Positions 32,627 through 46,188 of a DNA stretch of 64,000 bases are shown here, in pieces. A program made the position numbers and the translations under genes. Source of the stretch: the human T2T-CHM13v2.0 reference genome, Homo sapiens; the NCBI RefSeq assembly GCF_009914755.1, contig NC_060947.1. One strand, written 5' to 3'. The stretch's first letter is position 1. Each line of letters begins with the position of its first letter. The notes beneath the pieces are model-generated. The model was not told where the DNA came from, did no database searches, and saw only the letters and a list, made by a program, of their open reading frames with translations.

Positions 32627-33144
32627 TTAGGTCCTTACTATATATTCTGGTAGTGTCCTGTATTTTCTTTCCTGACACATTTGTAATTATTTTATGAGAT
32701 TTAAAAAATTACTGTCTGTCATCCCAAGAAACCATAACCTCCATGAGGGCAGAGAAGGTCTGTCTATGACTGAATCCCTATCATCTCAAACAGAGTTTGG
32801 TAAAGAGTAGACACCAGAAAAAAATAATTATTGAATGAATGATTGAACAAAGGAGGATTTCCGTTCACTTCAGCAAGACTTTGATGATTCAACCCTCTTG
32901 GTCCTACAGAAGAGTGATTCTAGTTTTTAGTCTGTGAATGATTCAGGCTCTGAGTTAAACAGGCAATTCTTGAGATCGTGGTCTGAAATTCATACAACCC
33001 TCCTACTTTAAATTTCCTCAACTCATGATCCAGGTGATTCCTGACAAATTAATAAATGTGAGAATGATGCTGTTCTTTTTGTTTAAAGGGTCGAATCATA
33101 AATGAATAGGAAATGTTGTCATGTCAATTCAACTTTTTATCAGA

Positions 33145-33410
33145 GGAGTGGTACTGCATAGTTAGGAGTTCTGACAGATTCCCCAGGCAGACTGTCTGGG
33201 TTCAAATCCTGGCTCTCTCACTTACCTGATATATGACCACAGGCAAGTCACTTAACCCTTGGGCTCCTCATTTTTCTAACCTGTAAAATGAGGTTAAAAT
33301 TGTACCTCCCTCACTGGGTTACGTGAGGCTTAAAAGCATTAGCACATGCAAAAGTGCTTATAATTGTGAATGGCATACAGTAAGTGCTAGGTAAGTTCTC
33401 ACTATTAATC
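33145..33410 (+). mobile_element. MIR, near full length
   Basis: tctgggttcaaatcctggctct...ggcaagtcacttaacc...ctgtaaaatgagg...tggcatacagtaagtgct. Confidence 0.9.
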
Positions 33411-35509
33411 TCAGTAAGCGTAATGCTCACTAAAATTATTTTCAAATTTATACCATATGACTACATTGATTGTCTGAATAAAGTAAAACTATGTATAAAG
33501 GCTGTACTTCTGATATAAGAATCATCTTCTAATTTATTATATTTCCACCCTCCCGTCTCCTTTAGTAAATTAATTAATATATTAAGGGAGAGGACAACTT
33601 ATATCACAGTGATCATTATATTAAGGACATTATAGCATTTATAAAAATAAAGAAGTATTATGATAAACTGTATGAATTTGAAATTCACTTTGTGGTATTT
33701 ACCTTTAAAAGTAGCATTTCTGAATTTCATACGCTAGTTTCCATTCCCCTTTATGGAGTTGGCTTTAACACGCAGCTTCTCATGTGGCCTGAAAGGGGAT
33801 TCTTTCTACTTTCTAGAGGAATGTGCTGTGAAGGAGGAGTCGGGAATCTTACTGGCGGCCATGTGAGAACAGCAGCTCTTTGAATGCTGGGTATGATGTA
33901 GCATGGGAACTGTGAGCAGCTACTGGCGGAGTGTTTCACATGCAGCGCAGCGGGGCAGTGGGAAAGGCAATGAAGAAAACAACCAGTGCAAACAAATGCA
34001 GAAGAAAGGGTGGGGCGGGGTCAAACTCCAGGGAAGGAGAGAGGTCAGCCCAGAGAGACAAGAACACTTACAAGAACAAAGAATAAAGCAGTGAGAAATT
34101 GGAGACAAGGGCAAATGTCAGTTGCAGAATAAGGGAAAAGGACAAGAAAACATGACCATCATGGCAATTTTAAATGCCTGGAATTATATACATGTTTCTA
34201 GTAAGGAACTAGAGGTCTCAGGAAACTAAAATAAATACATGCATGCATAAATACATTTTGCTATTTAAACACATTTACTAGGAACACATTCCATTTTTAA
34301 AAACAATAATAAACACACTTACATGGATTACCATAATAGCTAGCCTTAGAACTAGCAAAAATAGTTCCCGATTAAAACAAATTAGAAATTAGTATATAAA
34401 GATCAAGCAATCAAGTAGCCTAATTAATACTTTATAATGATTTGGGTTCACTTTATAAAATATCTGAAAATAATAATATGCTTTTCATTCTCTTAAATTC
34501 ATAAATATTTCTTTGGCTCCTGATGGCTTCATTCCCATTTTATACTTCATATAATTTTTTCATCACATTCTGTACATCGTTCATTTATCCCCCTGTAGTT
34601 TCACACATCCTGATGCCTTCAAAAAAAAAAAATAGAGAATTCCCTTGAAAACCAGACCATTCTTCTCCTAGGGTGAGAAAGACAGACTCTGGAATATTTG
34701 GGCCATATTAGTTTCAAGGCTACCTGAGCAATTTCGATAACAGTCCTCTTGACTAAAGTACAATTAGTTGTACAAACATTGAAAACCAAATGTTCTTAAG
34801 CTTGACAGTACGCTTTGACCTCAGTATGCTCTAAGGGTGGTCACTAACCTGGGCATTTAAATTTATACTCTCCTTCTTCAATTCTTTAAAGGGTTTTGTT
34901 TACATCCTTTTTTTCCTAACAGAGTTGAGGTTAAGCATAAATGATTATTCTCTCCTTACTGAAAAGATGTTTTCCTGGAACTTAATTGTCCTTTTTTCAC
35001 GGGTCATTCTATTCCTAATATCAACAAATCCTTCTGTGACCTAACCTTTTCAAAAACAAACACATACTTCTTTCTTTTTTTTATTTCCTTTACTTTTAGC
35101 TTTTACAAAACTCTGGCCAGTGGGCACATCAGACTAGATATTATAGTTGAAATATTTACATAAGAGCAACCTATAGTTTAGAATATGTTAGAGCAGTTTT
35201 TCCTACATCTTACTGCAGTATTTTGGGAGAGGTGCTTTCTAATTTGTTTTAACCCTGTGTATTTCTCAATAACATTCCAAAAACTGGAGAATTGCCACAT
35301 AATAAAAGTACTACTTAGTATCTGCTAATTGAGAAAAGGCTATTAGCTGATAAAAACTTGTATGCTTTGTAACACAACTGCTTTACTTACAAAAACCAGT
35401 GGTATATGGGCAACATAATTTTGTATTCAAGCTACAGACAATGCTTGATGCAAAAATATATTTTTGCACCTCTCTGTAAAACTCTATCATCTGTAGTTTG
35501 GGAATGAAT

Positions 35510-35660
35510 TTCTATATGTGGTTACAAATAGACAGCATCTCCTGGGAGCATGATAGAAATGCAGAATTGCAGGCCTCACCCGATACTAAATTTCTGGGGG
35601 CGGATTGGTTTAACAAGCTTTGCAGGTGATTCTTATCCATGCTAGATTTTGAAAACTTTT
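35510..35660. mobile_element. MER5A
   Basis: gcatctcctgggagcatgatagaaatgcagaatt...gtttaacaagc...ggtgattctt. Confidence 0.75.
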
Positions 35661-35664
35661 AGGC

Positions 35665-36155
35665 CAATGCTATCCAACAGAAATATAATGAGTGCTACAT
35701 GTACAATTTTAAATGTTCTAGTAGGCACATGTAAAAATTTTGCAGAAACACTGCCCATTGTTGTAGCCGAAGCAACAGGCTCACTTCATTCATTTTCAAG
35801 AAAAATAACCAAGTTTGAATAATCATAATAAATGAGTGAAATTCATTATGACATTTTACCCAAGCAAATACATAAAAATACTATCATTTCAACATGTAAT
35901 CAATATAAAAATAATGAGATATTTTACATTCTTTTTTTGGTACTAAGTCTTTGCATCCTGATATATATATATATATATAACATATACATATTACATATAT
36001 ATCATATATATAACATACATATTACATCTATATCATATATATAACATATACATATTACATGTGTATATATTACGCTTACTACACATCTCACTTTCGACTG
36101 GCTACATTGAAGGGCTCAATGGCCATATGTAGCTATCATATTGGACAGCACAGTT
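35665..36155. mobile_element. MER3/MER33 hAT MITE with an internal insert and a (TA/CA) tract
   Basis: Termini gctatccaacagaaatataatg and catattggacagcacag. Confidence 0.75.
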
Positions 36156-36469
36156 CTAGACCATGTGATTTGAAATACAGTAAATATAAATCCATATAGC
36201 AGCAAATTGTGTTTCTGGGGATCTATTAACAGTTTCCCTTCATCCTCCACGTTTCCCTTTATCTTCCTCTTTCTGCCTCATAGAAAAGTTAAGTGCTTGG
36301 TTCTCCATGATCCTGCAGCACTTGAACACTCCTCCAACACAGAGTTTTTGGGATGGCATTATACTTAATTTCCCCAGAGTCTAAACCCTTCACAGTGTCT
36401 TACAGAAGTCATATATATATTTTTTTAACTTTTAAATTTGTCTGTACCTGACAAGTACTTAACATAGAA

Positions 36470-36660
36470 CAGGGGTTATCAAAGTGTGGTCCATGATTCA
36501 GCAGCATTAGCCTCACTTGAAAGTTTGTTAGAGATGCAGATTCTCAAGCTCCACACCAGACCCACTGAATCATTTGAAACTTGGTATGTGGAGCCCAGTT
36601 ATCTGTGTTTTAATAAGCCTTCCAGGTGAATTTGATGCTTGTTAAAATTTGAGAACCACT
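36470..36660. mobile_element. MER5A
   Basis: caggggttatcaaagtgtggtcc...tttgagaaccact. Confidence 0.85.
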
Positions 36661-38291
36661 AATGTAGGAAAACATATTTATTTGGAGAATGGCCTCATAT
36701 TTATCATTTTCTCCTGAGTTCTGTGGTAGAACCACAAGCTGAATCATTTTAGTCTTCTTAAAGAAAGAAAAAGTCAAGAAGGACATGCTAGAAAGACATC
36801 GGTAGATGTCTTCTCCTTATCCCCAGTTAGTGATAGGCCGACATTATTTGTAAGAGCAGATGGCTAGGCTCTCTGTCCAGAAGTGACCCCATAATGCAAA
36901 ATGATTAGTACAGGATCATTAAAAAACAAAAAAGAAAGATATGAGGAAAATGTTCAAAATCTGTCAACACATTTAAAGGATCAAATCCTGTGCTCAATGA
37001 TGGTAAGAACAAACATACATAGATACAGATAAAAGACCTGCTTAGAAAATCCTATCTCACCAAAGTAAAGAATATAAATGGTTCTGATATAAGAATTGCT
37101 TGTTGGAAAAAAACTGGTTAGTTTTTTTAAAATGAAGCCACACAAATACTCCTATTGTTTAGCTAACTATGATCCCATCACATCCTCTCACAAAGCTTAC
37201 TACTATGACTATATAGACCAAGTTTCCAGTAAGAAATTATTGAATAATTTGTAAACCAGAGATAATAATGGGTACTGCTTTTGTAGTATCAGTGTTATGA
37301 TAGTATGTAAGTATGTATATTTCTGGTTTTTAACACTGAGAAAGGATGAGAGGGGTGGGCCATCATGGAAGTAATAAAAGAGAACCCATCTTTAAAGCTT
37401 TACTTAATATAGCATAAGCAGTAAAGGGAGTTTTGTTTAGTATGTCCTTGGACCAAACAGGATCATTACAATGTCTTCTAGGTACACAGTAGATGCTCAA
37501 TCAGTGCTGACTGAATGAAAGAACAAAGGGATGAAAGAAGGAATGAAGTTTGCAAAAGATGAGGCTCTAGATCCCTGCGACAGCAAGTTACCACAGAGGT
37601 ATACAGATGGAGTGTAATGATGTCTACATGACTTTGGAAGAAGCTTAGGAAACCTTTAAAAAAACATACATAATTTATGATACTGTTCTTTGACATATGT
37701 AAAGAATCTAATAGCTGGAAATGCCTTCATATTATTCAGATTTTAAAGGTGTTTGCATTCCATGAGTTCCTACAGTCAATAAAACACATACTCCTTATGT
37801 TAAAGTGTTTTTGCAGCTTTTGTGCTATTTGTGGGTTTACTCATGAGTAAAGAAAAATGGTATAATATTCCTTTATATACTACTTGCGCTTGGTGAATAA
37901 AGAGATTGACTGCATTACTCAGTGTGTGTACTATTTCAAAATTAGAAAGGTTTATCATCATTTTAACTTTTTTCTCACCTGGTTTAGATATTCGTTTCTA
38001 CTTGGTCAAATATTAGCATTAGTTTGGCTTTAAGAGCTGATTCACTGAAATCACTTTTGGCTGATTTTAGTACAATTGCTGAGTTCTAAAGGCAATGAGG
38101 AATATAATGCTTTAAAATTTTATATTTGAAACAAGTGTGATTTCTAAGGGGTACACTGAACTGGGTTCATTAATCCATTGGTTTATAAAAGGAAGATTTA
38201 AAAGTTAATATACCTAAGAATCATTTCAAAAAAGAAGATATATGTAAAAAAGTGAAGTATTTTACACCTGTATTGTCCAAAATAGTTTTAA

Positions 38292-38610
<319 letters not shown>

Positions 38611-38649
38611 TAAGTCCAAACGTAATAGGATTTTGAGAAGAGGAGACAA

Positions 38650-38860
38650 AAAGAGCATGGGAATAGCAGTTCGAAAAACCTGACTCAGATCTTGACTGAT
38701 ACAAGTTATGTGACTGTGACTGTGGTACTTCATGTTTCTAAGCCTCGGTTTCCTTACACGTAAAAGGGAATAATGATAATAGGTAATCATAATCATAATA
38801 CAAAATCACAAGGTTGTGATTCTTAGATGAGAGAATGCACATGAGGACTTTTTCTAACTG
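38650..38860 (+). mobile_element. MIR
   Basis: aagcctcggtttccttacacgtaaaaggg...aaggttgtgatt. Confidence 0.7.
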
Positions 38861-39250
38861 CAAGGAGTGATGGTTTCCTACACCACAAAAAGTCAAATGG
38901 TCAAATAGTAACATGCATACCAATGTGTCTACTTTGAGGAAGAAAATAGGACTTCATTCCCACAGAAAATTTCAAACAGGCAAACCAATGTCTCTTACAT
39001 TTCTATTAGAAGATTCAAAGTCAGTTTGGAATTCTCTATACATTATGATTCTATACATAGGTAAATTGTGACTGGGTTTGACTGTATTGTTGGTGCTCAC
39101 ATCCCTTAACTGGTTTCACCATTTTGACTGATATTACAGACAGCTAAAAAACTAGCATGGCTTTCCTTGAAAATTAAATGAATGGATAATGCAAAGAACC
39201 CAGGATATTCTGATATCAAGTAGACACGGCCTGATAGTATGTAACTCTAA

Positions 39251-39694
<444 letters not shown>

Positions 39695-40349
39695 TGAACT
39701 TGTACTTGGTTTTTATCACGATTTAAAGATTGACATAGCATTGTGACTAAATTCTTTATTTTCATAGAAATATGTCTTTTTTGACATTTACTATTTAAAA
39801 AAATATGATGTCATAATGGTGGTGGGCTCAAGCTTCCCGCCATAGAACTTGGATAATGCGTTAGCCTCACATACATTGTTCTAAATATAAAATATTCTCA
39901 ACAGGATGTATGAATTGCTTTTCCAGTAATGGGAAAAAAATTGCTTGATGTGAACCTCATTTCTTGCTTTCTTCTCTTTCTGAACAAGGCCTCACATTTA
40001 TAATGTAGCAGAATTACTATCAAAGAAAAGAATGGAACTAACTTGACTCGGTTATATGCAAACCAAAACCTTGGATTTATCAGCTTTCTGCTAAAAACAC
40101 TTTTTAAGCATATCTTTAAGGTCATGTTCAAAAATAGAAACATGAAATTTGCTACAATATAGAGCAGACACCACAAACTGAACTGTTTAATAGGAGAAGG
40201 CTGTGTATATGTGGGTTTAGGGAAGAAGAGATTAAAAGTTAGAGTTATACAAGGAGAAATATAATTTCAACAAACCACATTTGTATTATGAATAAAGAAA
40301 GGAACTTCATTGGTTTTAAACTAAATTCTGTCAAATGTGTATCTCCCCC

Positions 40350-40550
40350 AGATATCTAGAGACAGAATCATAAGATTGAACTGTATGTGACCTTAGACAA
40401 AATAGATTTCTGCATTTTAAAAATGAGGAGAATTAAAGCTGAGAGAGGTTAAATGGCTTTCTCACAATAACACGGTCAAATAATGGCTGAGCTTAAGTTT
40501 GAAGTTAGACCTCCTAATAGTCAATCCAATGCTCTTTTCGCTATATCATA
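40350..40550 (-). mobile_element. MIR
   Basis: cattttaaaaatgaggagaattaaagctgagagaggttaaatgg. Confidence 0.65.
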
Positions 40551-41419
40551 CTATCTCCTTACATGTGTTTTCCTGTACTTATAACCAAGTTTTTACTCAT
40601 TGTAAAGAATGGCTACATAGTAAGCTATTTACTGTTTTTGATACCTTAAATGCAAATAAATAGTGCAACTAGAATGGATCACTTAGCATTGATTAAAAAA
40701 AAAAAAACTTTTCTTACTAGTCATAATCCTTTGACCTCATTTGGAAATCTACCTGCCACTGTCACAAATCTTTTACCACGTTCTGAAAGCAAACGTGGCA
40801 TTCTGCTCTCTAAAAGAAATTATAAAATATACTTCTAGAACACTTATATGGGACTAATGTGGCCATTGGTTTTCTTTGGACATTTATTACTTTCCTTATT
40901 TATACTTAAGATGAAAAACATACTAAGGATGGAACAGATAAAATTTTAATAGTACTCAACTACTATGGAGCAAACAGAGAAAGGCATATAATCACTTAGC
41001 TATATCGCCTTGCTTTAGTCGATGCCACTTATAACAATCTAGAATACAAATCTTTCAGGACTATCCATCACAACAAGAATTAAATTATGTGAGATCTCAA
41101 GAGGTCTGGGATTTGCAACTTATCTTTATTAAAGATCTAGCAATTCTTTAACAGGCCTCTCAATCACACCCCTAAATGGACTGACAATAGGAAAGTGATT
41201 TGGTTTATTATATTTTTCTTATTAAAAAGTTAAAACCAAATAGTTTTAAACCCAGTTTCCTCAGAGGCATACCTTCTGCATCCTGTTGGAAAGGAGAAAA
41301 TTGGAAAGGAGAGAAAATGATTCTCTAATTCTACGGTTAAACTAATTTTAGGGTTTTGGGGTATAACATGGTGTCCTTCACACTGAGAAGGTAGACGCAC
41401 CTCTTCCACCACTACAACC

Positions 41420-41770
41420 ATTACTCTGCATGAATTAACTCATTCGATGTTACAGTAACCATGTTAGAGATGAGTAAATGGACAACCACAGAGATTAAGT
41501 GGCCTCAAGGTCACTCAGCTAATATGTTGGATTCCAAAACCTGTGTACTGTAATAATAATAATAATAACAACATCAAGAGCTAGAATTTGTAGAGTGTTT
41601 ATCATTTGGCATGTTCGCTCCCGAGCACTTTCCATTTATTTTGACTTATTCATCCTAATAATAAACTGATATTGCAGAGAATTTTATTATCGCATTTTTT
41701 TTTTTTTGATGAAAGACTGAGGCTCAGAAAGGTTAAGTAATTTGCTCCAGGTCCCATGGCTAGTAAGTGT
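41420..41770 (-). mobile_element. Two MIR fragments
   Basis: gatgagtaaat...gagattaagtggcctcaaggtcac and gatgaaagactgaggctcagaaaggttaagtaatttgc. Confidence 0.7.
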
Positions 41771-42029
41771 GACCTTGAGCAGCACACTTACATTGCCTGT
41801 ATTTATTACGCAAACCTACGAAAAACTTCCACATGTAAGTTTGTGATAGGATGCTCTTTCTTTAAATGACTTTTGGACACATCTTACTATTGACTCTTGT
41901 TTAAATTAGGATTCTAAAGGGAAAGATGTTTTTGAGAATCCAAGCAGTAAGAGTACAAAGGAACTGCATGGTGGCAATTCACATCTTCCATCATGATTCA
42001 GCATTATTTTCTGTTTATCGTAAGAATAC

Positions 42030-42424
42030 TGCTACACAGAGTTTGGATGTTCCCTCTAACTCGCGTGTTGAAATCTGATCCCCCGTGTTGGTGGTGAGGC
42101 CTAGTGGAAGGTGTCTGGGTTGTAGGAGTGAATCCCTCATGAATGGTTTGGTGCCATTCTCACGGTAGTGAGCGAGGTTTTGCTCTAGCAGTTTTCATGA
42201 GAACTGGCACCTCCCCTCCCTCTTTTTCTCCTCCTCTCTTGCCGTGTGATCTTTGTACACCAGCTCCCCTTTGCCTTCTGCCATGAGTGGAAGCAGCCTG
42301 ACGCCCTCGCCAGAAGCAGATGCTTCTTGTACAGCCTGCAGAACTGAGCCAAATAAACACCTGTTCTTTATGAATTACCCAGCCCCAAGTATTCTTTTAT
42401 AGCAACACTAAACAGACTAAGACA
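42030..42424 (+). mobile_element. MST (MSTB-like) MaLR solo LTR
   Basis: tgcta...gtttggatgttccc...agccaaataaac...aattacccagc...acagactaagaca. Confidence 0.9.
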
Positions 42425-42629
42425 TATACTAAGTCTTAGTTGCTTCCAAAATTAATATTAATAATTTGAAAATGTTTAGATGGGAATTATAAACTAATAT
42501 AAAATATCCTATCCTCACAAATATTACCATGAACATTACATGAAAAAAGTACTTTCATTGTTCTTTACAAATTTTATCTGTATATTATTTTACTGTAACA
42601 AAGGACAACAATGTTTACAATGTGCTTAC

Positions 42630-42776
42630 CTGCAGAAGCTTCCATCTGGTGTTCAGGTCTTCCAGAGTGCTGAGGTTATACGGTGAGAGCTGAATGCCCA
42701 AAGTGGTAAGCTGGCGAGCAAGGTCATTGACGTGGCTCACGTTCTCTTTCAGAGGCGCAATTTCTCCTCGAAGTGC
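42630..42776 (-). CDS. DMD: Dystrophin exon 60 (147 bp, phase 0/0, part of spectrin repeat 24)
   Basis: Minus strand reads ...ttttgactattgcacacag|GCACTTCGAGGAGAAATT...TGGAAGCTTCTGCAG|gtaagc, with canonical AG/GT. The 49 codons ALRGEIAPLKENVSHVNDLARQLTTLGIQLSPYNLSTLEDLNTRWKLLQ match dystrophin as I recall it. The exon number comes from memory of the gene structure. Confidence 0.97.
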
Positions 42777-42885
42777 CTGTGTGCAATAGTCAAAAGCAAA
42801 TTGGAAGATGAGAATATTTAAAACAAGAAGAACTGATACCTGGGCTTATTCTCTTTAGGGTGCAGTGCCAGTAATGTTTGCTCTA

Positions 42886-43251
42886 TGCTACGGTTTGAAT
42901 GTTTGTGTCCCCCCTCAAATTCCTATGTTGAAATCCTAAAAAATAAAAAGGAAACGAAATCAAAACACCTAAGGCAATGGTATTAGGAGATGGGGCCTTT
43001 AGGGAGGTGATTTTTGGGATTAGCGCCCTTATAAAAGAGACCTCAGAGAGCTAGCTAGCTCCTTTCAGCATGTGAGGGTGCAGTGAGAAGGTGCTTTGTA
43101 TGAGGAATGGGCCTTCCCCAGACACCAAATCTGCTGGTATTTTGATCTTGGACTTCTCAACCTCCAGAACAGTGAGAAATAAGTTTTTGTTGTTTCACAA
43201 GCTATCCAATTTATGGCATTTCTATTATAGCAGCTGGAACAGACTAAGACA
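42886..43251 (+). mobile_element. MLT1A-type MaLR solo LTR
   Basis: tgctacggtttgaatgtttgtgtcccc...ttgatcttggacttctcaacctccagaacagtgagaaataa...gactaagaca. Confidence 0.9.
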
Positions 43252-43299
43252 GTCTCTTGTGGTAGTATTATAACAATGGATATTTGTTAATGGGGGAAT

Positions 43300-43570
43300 A
43301 ATGATAACTACTATTTGTTGAGCACTTCCTAGGTGCCTAATGCCATGATGAGCTCTATTCATACATAAACTGATTTTATTTCTACCCAACAATCCTATGA
43401 GGCCAGTAGTTGGAGAATTCTAATTTTATACATGAGAAAACAAACTTGCAGAGGTTTGTTTTCAAAACAAACAAACCTTGCCAAGCTCTCATGGGTAAAA
43501 ATTGAGGAACCTGGGATACCTATATGCAGGTTTGCCTGCCTCTAGAATATATATTCTTAACTATTATGTT
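43300..43570 (-). mobile_element. MIR
   Basis: tatttgttgagcacttcctaggtgcc...aatcctatgagg...ttttatacatgagaaaac. Confidence 0.65.
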
Positions 43571-44439
43571 ATATGCTTCCCCTAAGAAATTCTGGATTGG
43601 CAAAGTAACAAGAAAAATATATTGCTGCTGGATTCTAAATTCTACTCATGTCACAACCAGAAATGGATCCTTATTTTTTACAATAGAAAGATATATTCAG
43701 TCATAAAATATTGCATGCATACTTTGCACCAACCACATCATAACAGTTTCATTTAGGGAGTAGGGTATTTTGTCAAGTCCTCAGAATGACTTCCTGATCT
43801 CCTGGTATTTTAGCCCTTGTAGCAATGACTTCAGAAGGCTCCCGTGGGGCTTCTCAGCTGTCTTTGAAGCACTAGAGCAGGAGTCTCTGATGCAATACAT
43901 CATAGCAATCCGTTGAGCAGAAGAACCCTATGCAGATATGGGGAGGATATTACCACGCCTCATATCTACCCTATCGAGATGGCATTTATGGATCTTTAAC
44001 ATGATGCATGATGTCCAAATGTTCCAATAAGCAATTTCTAAGGGACAAATTCCCTCACTTAGGAGAACAGTTTGTGTAATGTAATGTCTGTGTACAAGGA
44101 CAGCACCACTTGACTATACGTGTTGTTTTGACTTGCTTGATCTGGGCAGGTGTTATTTCTCTGTCTGGTTCACTATGTTGATAAAACCATTGGTTACACT
44201 GACCTCATTTATAAGCCTTGCATTTCCTCCCACTCCAAATAAAAGGAGCCAGTATGAACATTCAAAATAAGAACGACATTATCCTCTCAAATCAACCTGA
44301 ATACTTCATCAGTAAACCGTGGTGCTGTATAGAGCATAACACTGTTGTGTAGTTCTTAGATAATACAAAACATTGTGATAATCACTCTGTTGAACTTAAA
44401 GTTTTAAAAAGTGGTCATTAAAAACATTACGTTAAGCAA

Positions 44440-44595
44440 TCAGGGGGTTTCTTTTGGACGATAACGAAAATGTTCTGGTATTAAACAATGGTGATGGTGG
44501 CACAATCTTGTGAATATACTAAACACCACTGAATTGTACACTTTGAAAGAGTGAATTTTAAAGTATGTGAATTATATATTAATAAAAACAAACAA
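44440..44595 (+). mobile_element. L1M (L1MB/ME) 3' end
   Basis: gaaaatgttctgg...tggtgatggtggcacaatcttgtgaatatactaaacaccactgaattgtacacttt...aataaa. Confidence 0.85.
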
Positions 44596-45867
44596 AAGAG
44601 AGCCCCTTCTGACCATACACATGCAAAAAAAAAATCATATGTGATGTATTCATCTGTATTCAACTTCGTGTTAGTGGAATGTCACTGGAATCAGTGTGAA
44701 ATTCAGAAAGTTTTATAGGGGTGGATAGTAAATATTGTTCCATTTCCTTATGAATAAATACATGGATTAAAAGTATCAGAATAAGGGCCCATGGAGAAAG
44801 GTGGTTTAAATCCATATATATGAATACTTATCTCTAAAAGGAAATGATCCATATTAATTTTGTTTTGCATAATAGAAAGGTTAGAAAACAGATTTCTTAA
44901 ATGTCAATGGGGGAAACTTGGACAAGGACAACGGTTACAAAATGAAATCATTCTCTTCTGGATAATAACGTGCATTTCTAGTAGCCACAAATAAATATCA
45001 TGTGAGGGGAAACTGTAAACAGGAACCTCTGCAGAGAGGGCAAGCCAGCAGGCAGCATCTTTCAGTGATACAGGTGAGTCCTTTGTGCTAATCATCTCTC
45101 TTTACAAGCAAGACTCTCAAGCCATTAAGTTGATTATCCTACCTCGTTAAGCCATAGCTAGATTTCAGTTCCCTTTAGGTGACACAATGTACATTTTCAA
45201 ATGTCTCTTATTAGAATATTTTGATTTTCATTTTCTCTCCCAAATTCCTGAGCACACATATTAATCCTGCTTCAATGTTTTGGAGGATGAAGGGGATTCA
45301 AAAATAAGTTTTGGTACTCATAATTAATTGCAATGCTCTCCCTTTTCCTCTTTTTTTTTCTTTTTAAAATTTACTTTTCTTCTTTAAACTTTACCATAAG
45401 ATCTTGGGATTTTTTTTTTTTTTTTTTTTTTTTTGCTTCTTTCAAGCAATGATAGTGGAAGTTCTCTGAACTAATCTCCACTTAAGACTCACCAAATTAG
45501 CCAAAGTCTTCATTCTCTTTGTGAAACAGCAGTGATGGGAACCTCTCACAGCCTCAATAAAATGTTCGAGGTGCCTGTCAGTATGTGTGGACCTTCTGCT
45601 CCCATCAGTTGACTTGTTACAACCGTCAGTTGTGTGTATGTTCTCAAACCTATCTTTGCCAGTAACTGTTGTGATTATGTAATTTAATAAAGAAAGATTT
45701 CCTAAATCATAAAAATATTAGTTTAAAAAGAAAAGAAAAAAGTTATTATTTCTATAAAAACCAGGCCAAATACTCTGGAGAGTTGCTTCAAAAAGAAAAA
45801 GAAAATAAATATTGTTGAAGTAGTTGTGAACAAGACAACTGCTAAAGATGAAGAAAACAACCCAGAC

Positions 45868-46188
45868 CAGGTGGGGTGGCTCAAGACTGTAATCCCAGCA
45901 CTTTGGGAGGCTGAGGTGGGTGGATGGGTGGATCACTTGAGGTCAGCAGTTCGAGACCAGACTGGCCAACATGGTGAAACCCTGTCTCTACTAAAGATAC
46001 AAAAATTATTCGGGCGTGGTGGCACATGCCTGTAGTACCAGCTACTCAGGGGGCTGAGGCATGAGAAGCGCTTGAACCTGGGAGGTGGAGGTTGCAGTGA
46101 GCCAAGATGGCACCACTGCACTCACTCCAGCCTGGGTGACCCAGCAAGACTCTGTCTCCAAAAAAAAAAAAAAAAAAAAAAGAAAAAA
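45868..46188 (+). mobile_element. Alu (older AluS)
   Basis: Forward Alu with long A-tail. Confidence 0.95.
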
